Shown piece after piece: positions 30,975-47,579 of a stretch of DNA of 64,000 nt (the first letter of the stretch is position 1; each line of letters starts with the position of its first letter). The notes beneath the pieces were generated by a model that was not told the origin of the DNA, ran no database searches, and worked only from the letters and a program-made list of their open reading frames with translations. Both the position numbers and the translations under genes were made by a program. Origin of the DNA: the human T2T-CHM13v2.0 reference genome, Homo sapiens; NCBI RefSeq assembly GCF_009914755.1, contig NC_060927.1, one strand, 5' to 3'.

Positions 30975-33900
30975 GGCCTATGGCCATCCATAGACCTAGG
31001 GCTAACTCAGGGCAGCAGAACTCAAATTTCCTATTTCCACCCTAATGCCTTCCCTTAAAAAGAGAACCAGGAGCCAGTACAAAATGACCTTTCATTATTC
31101 AGAACTGTCAGGCTATCCAGATTAGCTGTCAGTGTGTCCTCCTTGGATTAAAAATTGGTGGTTGTCCTTTTGTATCCATATTATGTGATAATTGGAATGG
31201 GAATATTACATACTCATTTTGTCTGTAATTTTTGAAGGAAATCAAGCACTATTTATGACATTTATTTTATGACTGCATTATATCACCCATAAACATGCAC
31301 TTGGTTAAATGCAAAAGTCAGGAAAACCTTTCCTGTTGGACTCCTGGTTGAGCCATACATCTGAAGTAAAGCTCTTTTAAGAAACATTGAACTATTCTCT
31401 TCCTGTGATTTGAACTAACTCTCATGTTCCTGGACTTGTGCTCTTTATAAACAAGACCTGGGAAAGAGCAAAGTCTCCCCCTACCCCTCAGGACCAATCA
31501 CAATGATATGGATCTTCCTTTCTTACAAAAATGGAACAAAAATAATTTTAGTGCATTTCAAATCTGATTAAGGCACAGAGTAGGCACTAAATACATTCTC
31601 CCTAAAGTAAGGTTAAGGGAGGTTAGAAATTGGTAACAAAATATCAGTTCCATTTATAGCAAGATGATCATCATAGGCTTTTTAAATTTCAAATAGAAAC
31701 ATAATCAAGATGAGAACTGAGAAAAAAACTGGCAACGCCTCACCCATAACTCATCTTCTCTAGAGGATGCATTTTAACCCTTACCTCTAGAGTTTCATAG
31801 GGGAATATCCAAAGGGTACCACATTCTAGTTGCTGCTTCCTCTTACTTCCAGAGCATAGTTGCCTGCTTAGCCCCATTTCATTCTGAGTTTCACACATGA
31901 TTTACAAACTCATCACTTTCCCCACAGCACTCATTATAGGTGAGGGCCATGTATTTACCCGAGTTTGTGCTATCACCATAGAAATTCAGGATAGAAGGGT
32001 CTTAGTCCATTTAGAGCAATGGTTCTCAAACTTTTCTTTAGTAGTAGAATCCTTCTCCAGAGCCAAGTGTACGGCTTGAAGCAGAGGCTATCCTTATGTC
32101 CCAGGGTTCTTTCATCAGCTGAGGAAATTAGCACTTAAAGTCAGCACCTTTGACTGTCTTCTCTAAATCATCTTGGTCTTGCTTTCACTCTGCTTTCCCT
32201 TCAGGCATTTCTCAAGTGTCATGCTGAAACTTTAAACAAATGTTTAAAACACATTGAACAGGGCCCAGCTTTTGGAAACTGAACACTAAGGTTAGCTTCT
32301 GCTCACATCCCCCTGAGATTCTAGCATGGGACTTTGGGACAGACTTTAAAACCAATGATTTAGACTAATTCACTTATTTTAGAGATGAAGAATATTGGAA
32401 GATTAAATGCCTCAGCCCAGATCTCAGGAACAGGCTGCGACAAACCTAGGAAACCCGGAACGCCTGCTAGAATACTACAGCTGGCATCAGCTGCATGGAT
32501 CACCAATTACTGCCCAATGATCACCAACGGATCACCAATCACTGCCCAATCCTTTCTCGTAGTCATCAAAATATACGTGATAAGTTAAATTTGGTGATGA
32601 GGCCAAGTAGTGTTTCCTTTTCCCTATTTCATGAAAAAGTCTAACAGACTATTTTAATTAACTTATTTACTTTAAAATGATGGGATCAACGTGAATCGCA
32701 TGTTTTGATGACACCATTTGTGTGACCTCACTTTATAGAAATGGTAGAGCATTTTGTTCTTCAATCCTCCAAAAAAAAAAGACAAAAATCAAATAAACTT
32801 TGAAAACTCACATTTCATAATTTAGAAAGGCTTATATATGGGAAGGAGAGGTGCTGCCATCAGCCAATGGTAGACCTTCTGGCCATAGAGGCTTTGTGGG
32901 AATAATGATATGCAACTGAAAGAAGCAAGCCAAAACATACAGGTGTAAATCGTTTCTGACTTATGTGCAGACCCAGCCACATCAAGCTTTGAAAAATATT
33001 TCAGCATCAAGAGTGTCTGGGTGCAGCTGCGGGTCTTTTCCTCTGTTTATGCGCCGTCCATGGCTTAACTCATGTGAACTGGCCAACGTCAGGTGTCACG
33101 CAGCCCTGTCTGATGGAAAACATATGTCTACAGAGGTAGGAAGAAAAACCCAGCCACAATCCAGCCTTGACTCAGTCACGATACAATGAAGGGAAAAAAA
33201 GGGCTGCAGACGCGTCTCTCGCCCTCCTTGTGTCTCTCTCAGCTCCTGCCAACAATGAGCCGCTTGTTTCTCTTATTTCCCAGAAACAGTATTAGCCATC
33301 CAACAAGGTCAGCAAAAAAAAAGCAGCTTTTCACTTCAGGGTGCATTTGGTTCCAAAAATCTGTAAAGTATTAAACCGAGAAGTTGTACTATCCCAACTT
33401 CACACTGAGCCCTTTATTCCAATTCTGGGTGAGAATAACTGCAAGGAAATTTCTCAGCCGGCTCAGTTGATAAGGCACAGAGCTCTGGAATATATGTTGA
33501 TTCAGCCACACTTTCCCAGCTTCACTGTTTCAAGCCTTAAAACCACTTCCAGGTGCCCCAAAGCTTGCCAGATGGGCCTCCGGTCCTCCAGATGCCCCAA
33601 GCCTGTCTAGTTTTAGACTTGTAACCCAAGCTTCGTTTACTTCACAGGAAACCCTGAATTTTTAGCACCAGGAAATGATTTTCCTACTTGCTATCCTGCC
33701 TGCCCATCCAAACAATAATGTAGTCCACACACCAGTGTGCAAGTATCTAGGCAACTCTCCTTTTTCAGGTGTAAAATAGAAATGCCTGTAACACTGGCTT
33801 TTATATTTTCATAATAACTGCATTACCCCAAATGTATATTTTATTGGCATTTAAAGGATTCAGACATTAGTTCTCATCATTATAATATATCCAGGGAAGT

Positions 33901-34994
33901 CTAGGGAAAAAAAAAAATCACATCTTTCTGGCAGGCTGATTTCTTCTGGATCCTTTTTCCTGTAAAGAAAGAACATCTTTCTTCCACCTAAAGCAGCATC
34001 AGAATGTGCTACTCTGACTCCATTTGATTGCAGGGATATCTCAAGATTTATCACAAGTGGCCCGTGGCAGGAAGCACCTCTATGGAGTTAGTGAATTTAG
34101 AAAAACAATTATCTAGCCTGTGAAAAAGAGGAAATTTAGTTATTCACTTTGCTGCTTCACAAAGTTGTCCTTGTGATTTTGAATATAATTCCATGGTTGG
34201 GCAATAGCAGTACAACTACAACTGTTTTGTTATCTTCAGACAATAGGTATACTTTTATCCAGCAGGAAATGGAAACTCTGATTCATGCATTTATTTTTCT
34301 TTAGTCAGTAGAGAGTTTATTGTAGCTTTTTATTGGTTAGCTTTCCTGAATCATTTTAAAACTACTCCAGGTGCGAAGTATGGCAGTTGCCCAAGCTAAG
34401 AGAAAACGAATCTACAGCTGTGTTCCACACGGAATGGAAGAAAAGTTGCCAGCGTGAGTTGCTAGTTTTTAATGTGTGCATGTGTTTTTTAATAGCATGC
34501 CCTTTTAGTAAACATCTTTATTATGGAGATCATGTAACAGATACTAAGATTCCAAGAGGTAGTCAAAAGACTTGAACGATTCATAAAAGAGAACATGCAA
34601 TTAGTAATAAAATATGGCAAATTATCAGCTTCGTAAGGAATCACACTAATGCAAATTAAAGAAACAGCCTTTTTCAGCAATCAAATAAGCAAAAACAATA
34701 GTGTGGTTTAGGTGCTTTGCATTGGGCCAGGACCACTCAGGAAAAAAAAAAAAAACGAAAGAAGAATGTAACCAGGGGTAACAGGATTAGGAAATCTGGT
34801 AGAAGTATATGCCAAATTTTGGAAACCTGTATATATATGCATTTCATTGAGGACTGTACCCATATATCTTATAGGATTTCTAGTGACCCCCAAAAAGTTA
34901 ATTACCTTTGAAATGAAAAAGTATTAGAATATTAACAGTGGTGGTGTTTCGCTTATAGAACTATAGATGATTTTTTTTCTTTCCAATGATCTAC

Positions 34995-35400
34995 GGTTCA
35001 CCTAGCTATTCATTTCCCCTGTTTCTAGGAAGTAGAGATACAATGATGAACAAGACAGCAAGGTCCCTGCCCTGTAGGAGATTATCGTCTAACGAAAAGA
35101 CAGGCTATAACAAATGTACAGAATAATTTTAGTGATAAGGGATTTGAACAAAGAAATGTGGAGCTATTTTAGGCAGGGAAGTTAAGAAAGGCCTCTGTGA
35201 AGCAGTGATGTGTGCTCTAAATCTGAATGAAGTATGGAAATCAGGGTGGGGGACAAGTACAAAGATCCTAAGGTGGAAACTGTGAGCTTGGAGTACTTGT
35301 GCAAAATCAGAGCAGCCCATGTGGCTGAGGAGCAGAGGGTGAGGGGCCGGGACCAGGTCCCTTGAGGCCTCTTGCCTGTGGTGAGCACTGTGGTTGGCCT
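34995..35400 (-). mobile_element. LINE-2 fragment (approximate)
   Basis: gatacaatgatgaacaagacagcaaggtccctgccct...gaaggcctctgtgaagcagtgat. Confidence 0.6.
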
Positions 35401-35555
35401 CTATTCCAGACTGATAGAAATCTCCTTCCAGCTGACTGCCTGGACTGCATGGGAAACTGCCAGATTATTTCACACTCTATGGTAAAATTTAAAATTCTGA
35501 AGAAATCCAGAGACTCTGGGGGCACACAGTGAAGTGAGTCAAAAAGTGTGAAGCA

Positions 35556-35910
<355 letters not shown>

Positions 35911-36219
35911 TCAGCCCTGTAAAGTGGTTCAGGATCTTTGGGAAGGAAAGGAATAAGGTTTGGGGCAAGGATGGGGGAACAGACAGAAACCAAAGCAGCT
36001 CTGCTTTTAAACACTTACAAAGAGGAGATTCTGATCCCAAGCAAAACAAAATAAAAGCCTGTAGCTCTAAATTTTATTTGAGAAGGTGTGTCAAAAGGAG
36101 CTTCCTTCTTAAAAATGAAAACAAAACATACAACAAAAAAACTACAGTTCTGGATTTTCTAAATGTTATCCTTGAATCAAAATGCATATGTAGTATACAC
36201 TCATTTTGGTCTTCTGTGA

Positions 36220-36621
<402 letters not shown>

Positions 36622-36939
36622 ACTACTGTAATTTCTTTTTTAAGGACATTGTCCCCTAGATCACAGAGTCTAGATGACTTACGGGGAAGTACAGGAGAAC
36701 TCCCTCTTACATCTCTGTGTCTAGAAAAACTACATTTCTCTTCAACACCATGAAAGCCTTTATCTCTTGAGTGATCTGACTCCTATAACAGAGCATATTA
36801 TCTTCTTTACAAGATCCCCCAGGAATCTCACAGCCAAATCTGTAGGTACCTCTAGCAACCACACAAGGCCCCATGGTATGCATTTTTTCCCTGGCTTTTT
36901 TTCTCAGCCACAGTCCTTTACCCCAACTTAATTCAATTA

Positions 36940-37284
<345 letters not shown>

Positions 37285-37799
37285 TTAAGATGCAAGAGTA
37301 GGGAACAAATGAATGGAAGCATCATAATTTCATTTTAAAACTACTCGTGTGTCAGTCACAGATTGCCCTCAATGAGAAACTTGTAAACCTGTGAATGGGC
37401 CCCAAGCAGTACACCTGCCAGTCTAGGACTCAGAATGAAGTGAAGGAGAAATGGGTTTTTTGTGGTCTTGAGTCACACTGAGACAGTCAACTGCTTGTGA
37501 CTCTAATAAACATAGCCTACCTTTTGTAAATAAATTAAAAAAAAAACCTACCTGTGTGTATATAGCTGCACAGATATATTATGTGTCAAATAAATAATGT
37601 TCTGTGAAGCTTAACTGAGCAGGTTGGAAATTTTACTTGTTAGTCATCCCGAGGGGAAGAGTTTACATGATTTTAGGCCATACCTTATAGAGACCTGGTA
37701 GACCAAAAAGCCTTTCCACATATTTCATTAGCTTTACAGAACATATTCATTAGAGGAGCCATTTGGCACAAGCATGCTCTGCTGCCCCCACCCCACCTT

Positions 37800-38850
<1,051 letters not shown>

Positions 38851-40379
38851 AATAAAACCTCTCTACACATACCTCAAACCTCCTGGAGACAGAATTCTCA
38901 GTCCGGCAGGGACCAGAGAAACTGTGTTATGTATGGGCCATTGTTCTGTGGCACTGTTGAACTTTGAGGAAACTCCTATTAAACAATGCTTTTGATAACT
39001 GATTGGAATTTGGATGGAACAGAATCCCAGCTGCAATCTGTGCTACATAATTCTGATACCTCATACTCATAGTTCCTTCCAGCCTCCCACCTCTATCCCC
39101 AACCCCAACTGTTAAATGATTCTAATTTTAAAACATAGACAGCCTAGGAAGACAGGACAAAGAGCTACCCCAACAGACCGGTTGGAGGTCTTTCAGAAGA
39201 AACGCCACTGGATAGCTGCCCCTGAGGACCAGACAACCAGAATAGGAAATTGCAGGTTTTCTTGGGAAGGACCTGGGACACCAAGAGAGTTGACTGTCAA
39301 GCTTGAGATCTGTTGTGAAAGGTCCTTACATCCCAGGGTCAGAGCTGAGACATTGCTCCATTTAGGTCTTCTTGATAGGAGGAAAAATGAGCAAGCTAAG
39401 AGTGGAGGATGGAGAAGGCACCAGTGAATGCAAACATATGAAATAGGGAATGCCTCAGGCGAAAGCCATCTGATTTTAATATATCGTAGTTTCGACACTG
39501 AGATTCCCTCAAATTGCAGGAAAAATATAATGTGTACTTAAAACTAGAGGAGACACAGAGGAGAGGAGAAAGCACAAGCAAAGAAGACATGCTGAGGATC
39601 CCAGAAGAGAAGTCTCCCAAGGGGCAGCCCTAGGCTGCAGTGACCCAGGCAGAAATGATATAGGGAAGGTGTCCAGAAACCTCCAGCATGGAGCCGCCCT
39701 GAGCATTTGTTTTGTTAGGATGGGATGATCCAATTCCATTTGGAGAGAAATTATAGTTCCATCCTAATTAATTCAGGCATTACAGCAGTTGATACGGGAG
39801 AAATTAAGAGAATATTTTTCTTGACATTTGAAGTGTGAGCTTTGAAGCAGCTAAATGAAGGCCTTGTGAACCAAGACTAAATCAGCCACATTAATTTTTT
39901 TTTAACTTTCTTTCTTTCCAGCGCTGCAAATATTTAAGTCTTGGCAAAATTCAAAACTCACAACTCACTCTTCACTGGTATCTGAGAAATATAATACTGA
40001 AAAGGAAAAGGACGAAAATAATATGGAATGAAATGCATGACATGTACTGGGAAGCAAAATAACTTCCAACGAAACTTCCATTTATGGCTTAGTCAAAAAC
40101 ATATGGATATACAAGCTGAAAAACAGAGTTAGTGGGAAAGCTAGGTGGCTGGTTAAAAATACACTTTTTGTGGTAATGTTACATTATTTTTTAAAAGAAA
40201 GTAACACCCCCCCCGCAAAAAATCCCCTGCTCCAGGATCTTTAGACAATTCCTTAGTTTGATAAAAGCAAACCATGTCAAAATTGTATTTTTTAAGAAAT
40301 GTTTATATTTTATTCAGAAACATTCCAAAGAAACTGGAAAAGTGAGGAAATTAAAGGTGGGCACAAAAATGTATGTGTG

Positions 40380-41230
40380 TGCAAGAAAATGTATTGAAAC
40401 ATCATTTATAATGATAAAAAATAGAATCAACCTATATGTCTCTCAATAGAAGAATTGGTTAAATAAATTATGGCATTATTGGTTAAATAAATTCACAAAA
40501 GGACTACTGTGCAGCCATTAACATGATGTGATGGTTTATGAACAAAAGAAGTATGTCCAAGTCTATTCATAAGTTAAAAAAAAAGAACATACTGAGAATC
40601 TAGTTTGTAGCTATCAGAATAGTAAAGGCTATAAGTTTAATCATAGATATTATTGGCCAGGGTACGGGGAAGAAAACACACTTTATTGGTAGGGGTGTCA
40701 ATTGGTATACCTTTTTGGAAAGAAATGGAACAACAGTTTTAAAAACTTTAAATGTACATACTCTTTGATCCAGGAATTCCACTTCTGCAAAATTATCCTA
40801 TACATAAACAGCATATGGCACAAGGATTTATGTCCAAGGCTGCACACTGTGGCATTGTTTAGTAATAGTGACCAACCAGAAAATAAACTAAATATCCAGC
40901 ACACAGGACTGGTTAAACCAAGTACGGTATCTCAACGGAGTGGAACATTACATATTGCTGACAAACAATGAACAAATCAGTAAGTACTAATTTGGAAGGC
41001 TCTCTAAGATATGTTAAGTTTTAAAAAGACATACTGTATATGCCCAAGCATGCATGGGTATGTAGAGCATGTCTAGAATAATGCTCAGGAAGCTGGTAGT
41101 AGTGTTTCCCTGGAAAGGAGAAAAGGGCTGGGGGTCATGGTGGGAAGGAGACCTAATTTTTCATAAATACCCTTTGGAACTATTTGGATTTTTTGCCATA
41201 TGCGTGTGTTACTTTTCTAATTAAAACAAC
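40380..41230 (+). mobile_element. L1ME-type fragments (approximate)
   Basis: catactctttgatccaggaattccacttct...cactgtggcattgtttagtaatag resemble the L1 ORF2 end and 3'UTR. Confidence 0.55.
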
Positions 41231-41262
41231 TCATCAAAAAATATTATAGAAAAATATTTACT

Positions 41263-41558
<296 letters not shown>

Positions 41559-41848
41559 TTACTGAAATGGGAAGATGCTCATGGTATATTAAAAACAAGC
41601 TACAAAAAAGAATATAGAGGAGTTTCCAACTATTTTTATGTTTGCATTGAAGAAAGTCAAGAAAATATATGAAAACACACTAGTGTCATTTTGAATGGTA
41701 CCATGGCTTTTTATTTTCTCATGTTTTGCCAATCAGCATTTTCTACAGTGACCAAATAGCAATTATGTAATATGGAAAAAAATAACATTCTTGAATCTTG
41801 CTGCTTCAAAAATGTTTAGAACCTTTTTTTTTTCTGCCTTAAAATACA

Positions 41849-41849
<1 letters not shown>

Positions 41850-41890
<41 letters not shown>
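41850..41890. repeat. (CA)20 microsatellite
   Basis: Direct reading. Confidence 0.97.
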
Positions 41891-41892
<2 letters not shown>

Positions 41893-42922
41893 GGGGGAGG
41901 GGTGATCTTCTTTTTAGCACTTAAGGAGAAAGACAATCAAGGCTTTTGTTTTCCTGAGGCTTCACTTAAATGATATTGTTTTGCTGACTTCATCCTGGAG
42001 AACTATTCAGAATAAAGCATGGAAGAACAGCTGTTCTTGACCACCAGCAACTGCAAAACACCCAGGGAATAAATTTAGACTTCCAGAAAGGAAGAAGAAA
42101 TCAATCAGTTGGTACCTGGGTGGGAGAGGTGATGATCACACACAGGCGGGAGCAATATTACCAGGGACGCCAAAGAGGAGATCAAAGAGAAGTGTCAAAA
42201 TATCACTCAGCACTTATCAATTTGGAACAAGTGGCTGAATGACAAACCACCTCGAATCCCACTGCCTGCCTTTCACCCTTAACTGGGTGAAATTCTCCAT
42301 AGCAAGGAAGCTCCTGAGGGCAAACTTTTGGAAGTCAGCCAGCAAACAGGATGAAAATTGTCAAAATTATTTTTAAAACTCTCAACAGAGGTCTACAGCT
42401 CGGTGAAGAAATTAGACTCCATTACAAATTAATTAATTAACTAATTAATTAATGTGGTGCAAACAAAGAAAGGACTAAAAAAGAAAACAAGTTTGACCTA
42501 GCCTTCACCTTCCTAAAAGGCCTCCCTCTTCCCCAGGTGTGGGGGTGCTTCTCTGGAATTCGTCACGGTTTAGGCTTACGAAGGCCTGATGGATTCTCAG
42601 GCCCACTCTCTGCAAGCAAAACTGAAGCAGACTTGTACATTTACCCAGTGGATTAAACAATACATTTCAAGAATCTGGATCCCAAGCTATAATTTTCCTC
42701 CTCATTTTTGAAGTTTACTTGGAATATTTGGGGTCAAGATGCTCTGGGAAGCCGCTTCAGCATTCACTTACCCAATGCTCATGTGCGCACTAACACCAAG
42801 CACCAAAATGACAAAAGTCAATGCCCTAGTAAATGTCTATTTCAGACAAAGAATCAGTTAAAAAGTTGGTGGGCATACTCCAAGTCCTTTTCAGATAAAT
42901 TAAAGACTGAACGATTGAGTAG

Positions 42923-43297
<375 letters not shown>

Positions 43298-43314
43298 TAA
43301 CATACACAATTTGA

Positions 43315-43560
43315 TTGTGGCTCCCACACCTGGCTGATGATCAGAGTCATCTGAGCACTCGAAAACAGCATACCTTTCCAGATTCCACCCTACATTTACT
43401 GACACAGAAATTTCCAGGGCATATTCCTCCTAGCAGCAGCCCAGGATAATTCTTTTGGGAGCAAACAAACCACTGTATTCTAAAAATGTATGTTTAACAA
43501 ATGCCCCCAAGTGATCCAGCTAGTGGTAGATCTGGACCACGCTTGGATAAACACTGATCT
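43315..43560. mobile_element. MER5-type hAT-Charlie fragments (approximate)
   Basis: cctggctgatgatcagagtcatctg...tgtttaacaaatgcccccaagtgatcc...accacgcttggataaacactg. Confidence 0.5.
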
Positions 43561-44142
43561 TAGAGACTAGTGAATAATCTATTTGCCACAGGCAGACTTG
43601 CTCAACTGCAGAGGCCTGAGCATTCTTGGTTTTGTCTTTAATACACATGGGGCCTGGAGCCTTTTTTCCAACACACTGTTCTCCTCTTCCACCACAAAAA
43701 GCTCAAGGTTCTCCCCTGTTGTTCTCACTCTTTTTTTTTTTTTTCTCCTTTTGGCTATTACAAAAGTAATATAACCGCATTACAGAGAAAATAGAGGGAA
43801 TCACCCTTAACTCAAAGGCTTAACTATAATCACTATTAACATTTAAAAATACATAACTGACTTACTCAACACATTTATTCTACAGAAGAGTACACCTATG
43901 ATGCCTAATGAGCTTTGCTTGGGGCTAGAAATACACAGATGGAGATCAAGTTCCTGTCCTCAAGAAGCTTAGTCTTGTGAAAAAATGGAAAGAATCTAAG
44001 CAATGTGTTTTTCAAAAAAATAGAAGTATAATTATAGCATAAACAATTTGTCATGCTGTGTAAAATTAGAATGTTACAACAAAGTTTTCCATGTGTCTAC
44101 ATGGTCTATATCCATTATTTCACTGCTTATAAATATATTTGT

Positions 44143-44450
44143 GGCTAGGCGCAGTGGCTCAAGCCTGTAATCCCAGCACTTACTTTGGGAAGCTGAGGCA
44201 GGTGGGTCACTTGAGGTTAGGTGTTTGAGACTCACCTGGCCAACGTGGTGAAAACCTACCTCTACTAAAAAGTACAAAAATTGGCTGGGTGTGGTGGTGG
44301 GCACCTATAATCCCAGATACTCGGGGGCTGAGCTGGGAGGATGGCTTGAACCTGGGAGGCAGAGGTTGCAGTGAGCCGAGATCACACCACTGCGCTCCAG
44401 CCAGGGCAACGGACCAAGATTGCATCTCAGAAAATAAATAAATAAATAAA
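44143..44450 (+). mobile_element. Alu
   Basis: Consensus; (TAAA)n tail. Confidence 0.92.
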
Positions 44451-44877
44451 TTTATTTATTTTCATATTTCAGGCATTTGTTTATTTACTGGCTATTATAA
44501 CTAACACATCTTTGTGTATGGTTCCCAAAATATTCACCTAGCATACTACTTTTTTTTTTTAAGGAAAATTGTGGCATCAGACATTTTTCATGGCTTTTAT
44601 TATTTCTTATCAAAGAAGAAATTTTCTACCTAAATTTCTAAATTTCATATAATAAAACCTATAAGTCTCCATCACCTAATCTTAATAAAGACTCATCCAC
44701 ATTAAGATAAGTGGAACATAGCCATGAAAACATAAGATTTATTTTTTATATGCTATTATGTCCTGCTTTATTACATAAAAGGAACTCAATCCGTTGATTT
44801 GGTAATTTTTTTCAGTCTCATTTCACATATTCCTTAAAAACCGTAAAAGAAAGGAACTATAAAGAATGTCCTTTTCA

Positions 44878-45190
44878 GGCCGGGTGCTCGTGCCTGTAAT
44901 CCCAGCACTTTGGGAGGCTGAGGTGGGCGGATCACCTGAGGTCAGGAGTTTGAGACCAGCCTGACCAACACAGAGAAACCCCGTCTCTACTAAAAATACA
45001 AAATTAGCCAGGCATGGTGGCACATGCCTGTAATCCCAGCTACTTGGGAGGCTGAGGCAGGAGAATTGCTTGAACCCGGGAGGTGGAGGTTGTGGGGAGG
45101 TGGAGGTTGCGGTGAGCTGAGATTGTGCCATTGCACTCCAGCCTGAGCAACAAGAGCGAAACTCTGTCTCAAAAAAAAAAAAAAAAAAAA
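44878..45190 (+). mobile_element. Alu (Sp-like) with internal 17-bp duplication
   Basis: Consensus; gggaggtggaggttg(t/c)g twice at 45078-45111. Confidence 0.94.
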
Positions 45191-45291
45191 GAATCTCCTC
45201 TTCGAAACCCCAAAGAAGGTAGCCTTCAATAATGCTGATTAACTAGAGTGTATTTGACAATAGATAGCTTCCTCAAAATCTAAGAAAATTG

Positions 45292-45424
45292 AGGGCACAG
45301 TGGCTCACACCTGTAATCCCAGCATTTTGGGAGGCCAAGGTGGGAGGATCACTTGAGACTAAGAGTTCGAGACCAGCCTAAGCAACATGGTGAGACGCCC
45401 CAATCTCTACAAAATAAAAAGAAA
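45292..45424 (+). mobile_element. Alu left monomer (FLAM-like)
   Basis: Left arm only. Confidence 0.82.
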
Positions 45425-46929
45425 ATTGATTTTCTACAGTGTTTAGAAAACTTTTCCTTCTTTTTTTTAATCAAGAAAATCATTTTTAAATAGAAACCTT
45501 TCCCCCTGTCCTGTGCCCACCAGTGTTCCTTTTCTTCCATAAACACAAACTTTCCACCACAACAATCCTACAACACCTACAACACCCACAACACCCAACA
45601 CTTCACTTCCACCATCTCCCAAAAAGTGTATGGGTATTTTTTTGTTTGTTTGTCTCTGGGTTTGTGCGTGTATGTGCCGGTGCACTTTAGGCTAATCTAT
45701 GCTGCATAAACCACAAAGTTCCAAAAGCAGTGAGAACATCAGAGCTGGAAAAATCACAGTAGCCAGATGTGTCTGCCGTGAACTCACCATGTAAATTTGA
45801 TTAAGAAAAAAACTAATGGAAAAAAAGGAAAACATAAGATGCCTAAGTAGAAATCTGACTTCTAGTGAACTTTCAGCATGTCTTTCTAAGTGCTTTAAGC
45901 AACCCAGGGCTTCGATATCCCTTAGCTATTTTATTTGCTCTTGATACAATGCTAAGCCTCTTTGTATACTTCCTAGAGAGAACAGCAAGCCAACTTAGCA
46001 AACTGAGCACAGACAAGATTTTCCATCTTGTCTTGAAAAGTATGCCCTGAAAAGAAAAAAAAAAAAAAACACACATGTGTTTATAATTTGAAGTACAGCT
46101 CGAGACACAGACCTGGAGGACTTAGACTCTGGGCTGGTGGATGGCACATCTTCAAAGGGGTAAGTAAGTGCGTGTGTGTGCATGTGTGTATATGTAACTT
46201 TAAAAATTTCCTATAGTATTGAAAATACACTCTAGTTGCACTTTACCAAAAGTTTCTGAATTGGCTAGGGTTCGCAGGCTGGTGAAGTTGTTATAGTCTT
46301 TATTTTTTCCTGTACTGTCAGGAAGGATACTAGCATCTCAGGTCAGGGTCTCATTCCAACAAAAAGCCTCATTAGTGTGTGACAGCAGCTCAGCACACCA
46401 TGGTTTATGATCACTAGGATTATCACCAAAAAGGCAAAAAAAAAAAGAAAGGAAAAAAGCATGACACTTTCTTTTGGTAAAAACATTTTAAAATATGGAG
46501 CTACTTTAAGTTGTTGCATGTTTTCAGTATTTGTCTGCTGAGGAATGGGAAAATCTAACACTTCACTACTTGCAGAGGGGAAAATGTTCTTCACTTAGAA
46601 CTCAGAAGTGTGACTGCTCTTCACAAACTCCCTCTGTGAATGACCTGACAGTCACAAGCTTGCTCCTCTTCATCTTCTCACAATTGCTGTCCGAGGTTAA
46701 ATGTTATTTTTTGGTACCACACCAGCTAGTTTCACAATTTGTAAGCAAAAGTGCCCAAACAAATATAAGTTGCAGTAACCATGGTTGGGTCTTCCTGAAG
46801 GAGGAATGGAATGGCTTTCTAACAGAGCATATCAAAGGATCTTCCTCTGATTACACAGGAGCCAGAAAGGGGAGGAAAAATGAGGCAACTGGCTAACAAT
46901 AATAGCTATAACAATACAAGTGCTGGCAG

Positions 46930-47110
46930 CTTACTATACATCAGGTACCAAGACATGGACTACCTAAATACTCAAAACAACGTTATCAGATAGGTACTAT
47001 CATTATCACCATTTTACAGATAAGGAAAATGAGACTCAGAGGTTAAATAACCCAATACATAAACGTCTAAATTAAGAGAAACTCAGTTCTGACTTCAAGT
47101 TCTTCCAAAA
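46930..47110 (-). mobile_element. MIR (approximate)
   Basis: accattttacagataaggaaaatgagactcagaggttaaataac. Confidence 0.7.
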
Positions 47111-47345
47111 CAGTCCCCACCCTCCATCCCACTTCCATGCCCACTTCGCCACCACTCTAACCAAGGACTAAGATCTGCAGCAGGCTTCATTTTCTCAAGC
47201 CCATTGTTTTATACATTATAACAGAGCCTGTGTAGGCAGTCTATTTTTTTCCCTCTTTTGTTTCCCTCTTATTCTCTTTTTTAAAATTTTAGTAAGTATT
47301 AATAGTAAGGAAGGCCCACAACCTACTTAAAACATACAAACTTCT

Positions 47346-47579
47346 GGCTGGGTGCAGTGGCTCACGCCTGTAATCCCAGCACTTTGGGAGGCTGAGATGG
47401 GCGGATTGCCTGAGGTCAGGAGTTCGAGACCACCCTGGCCAACATGGTGAAACCCCATCTCTACTAAAAATACAAAAATTAGCTGGGTGTGGTGGCGGGC
47501 GCCTGTAATCCCAGCTACTCCAGAGGCTGAGGCAGGATAATTGCTTGAACCTGGGAGGTGGAGGTTGCAGTGAGCCAAG
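47346..47579 (+). mobile_element. 3'-truncated Alu (no tail)
   Basis: Stops abruptly after gcagtgagccaag. Confidence 0.92.

Noticed and set aside
42426-42453. (TAAT)n palindromic AT run
   Set aside because: Ordinary low-complexity microsatellite.
45557-45601. ~9-bp repeat cc(t/c)acaacac, about five copies
   Set aside because: Real but short and low in complexity, with no sign of function.
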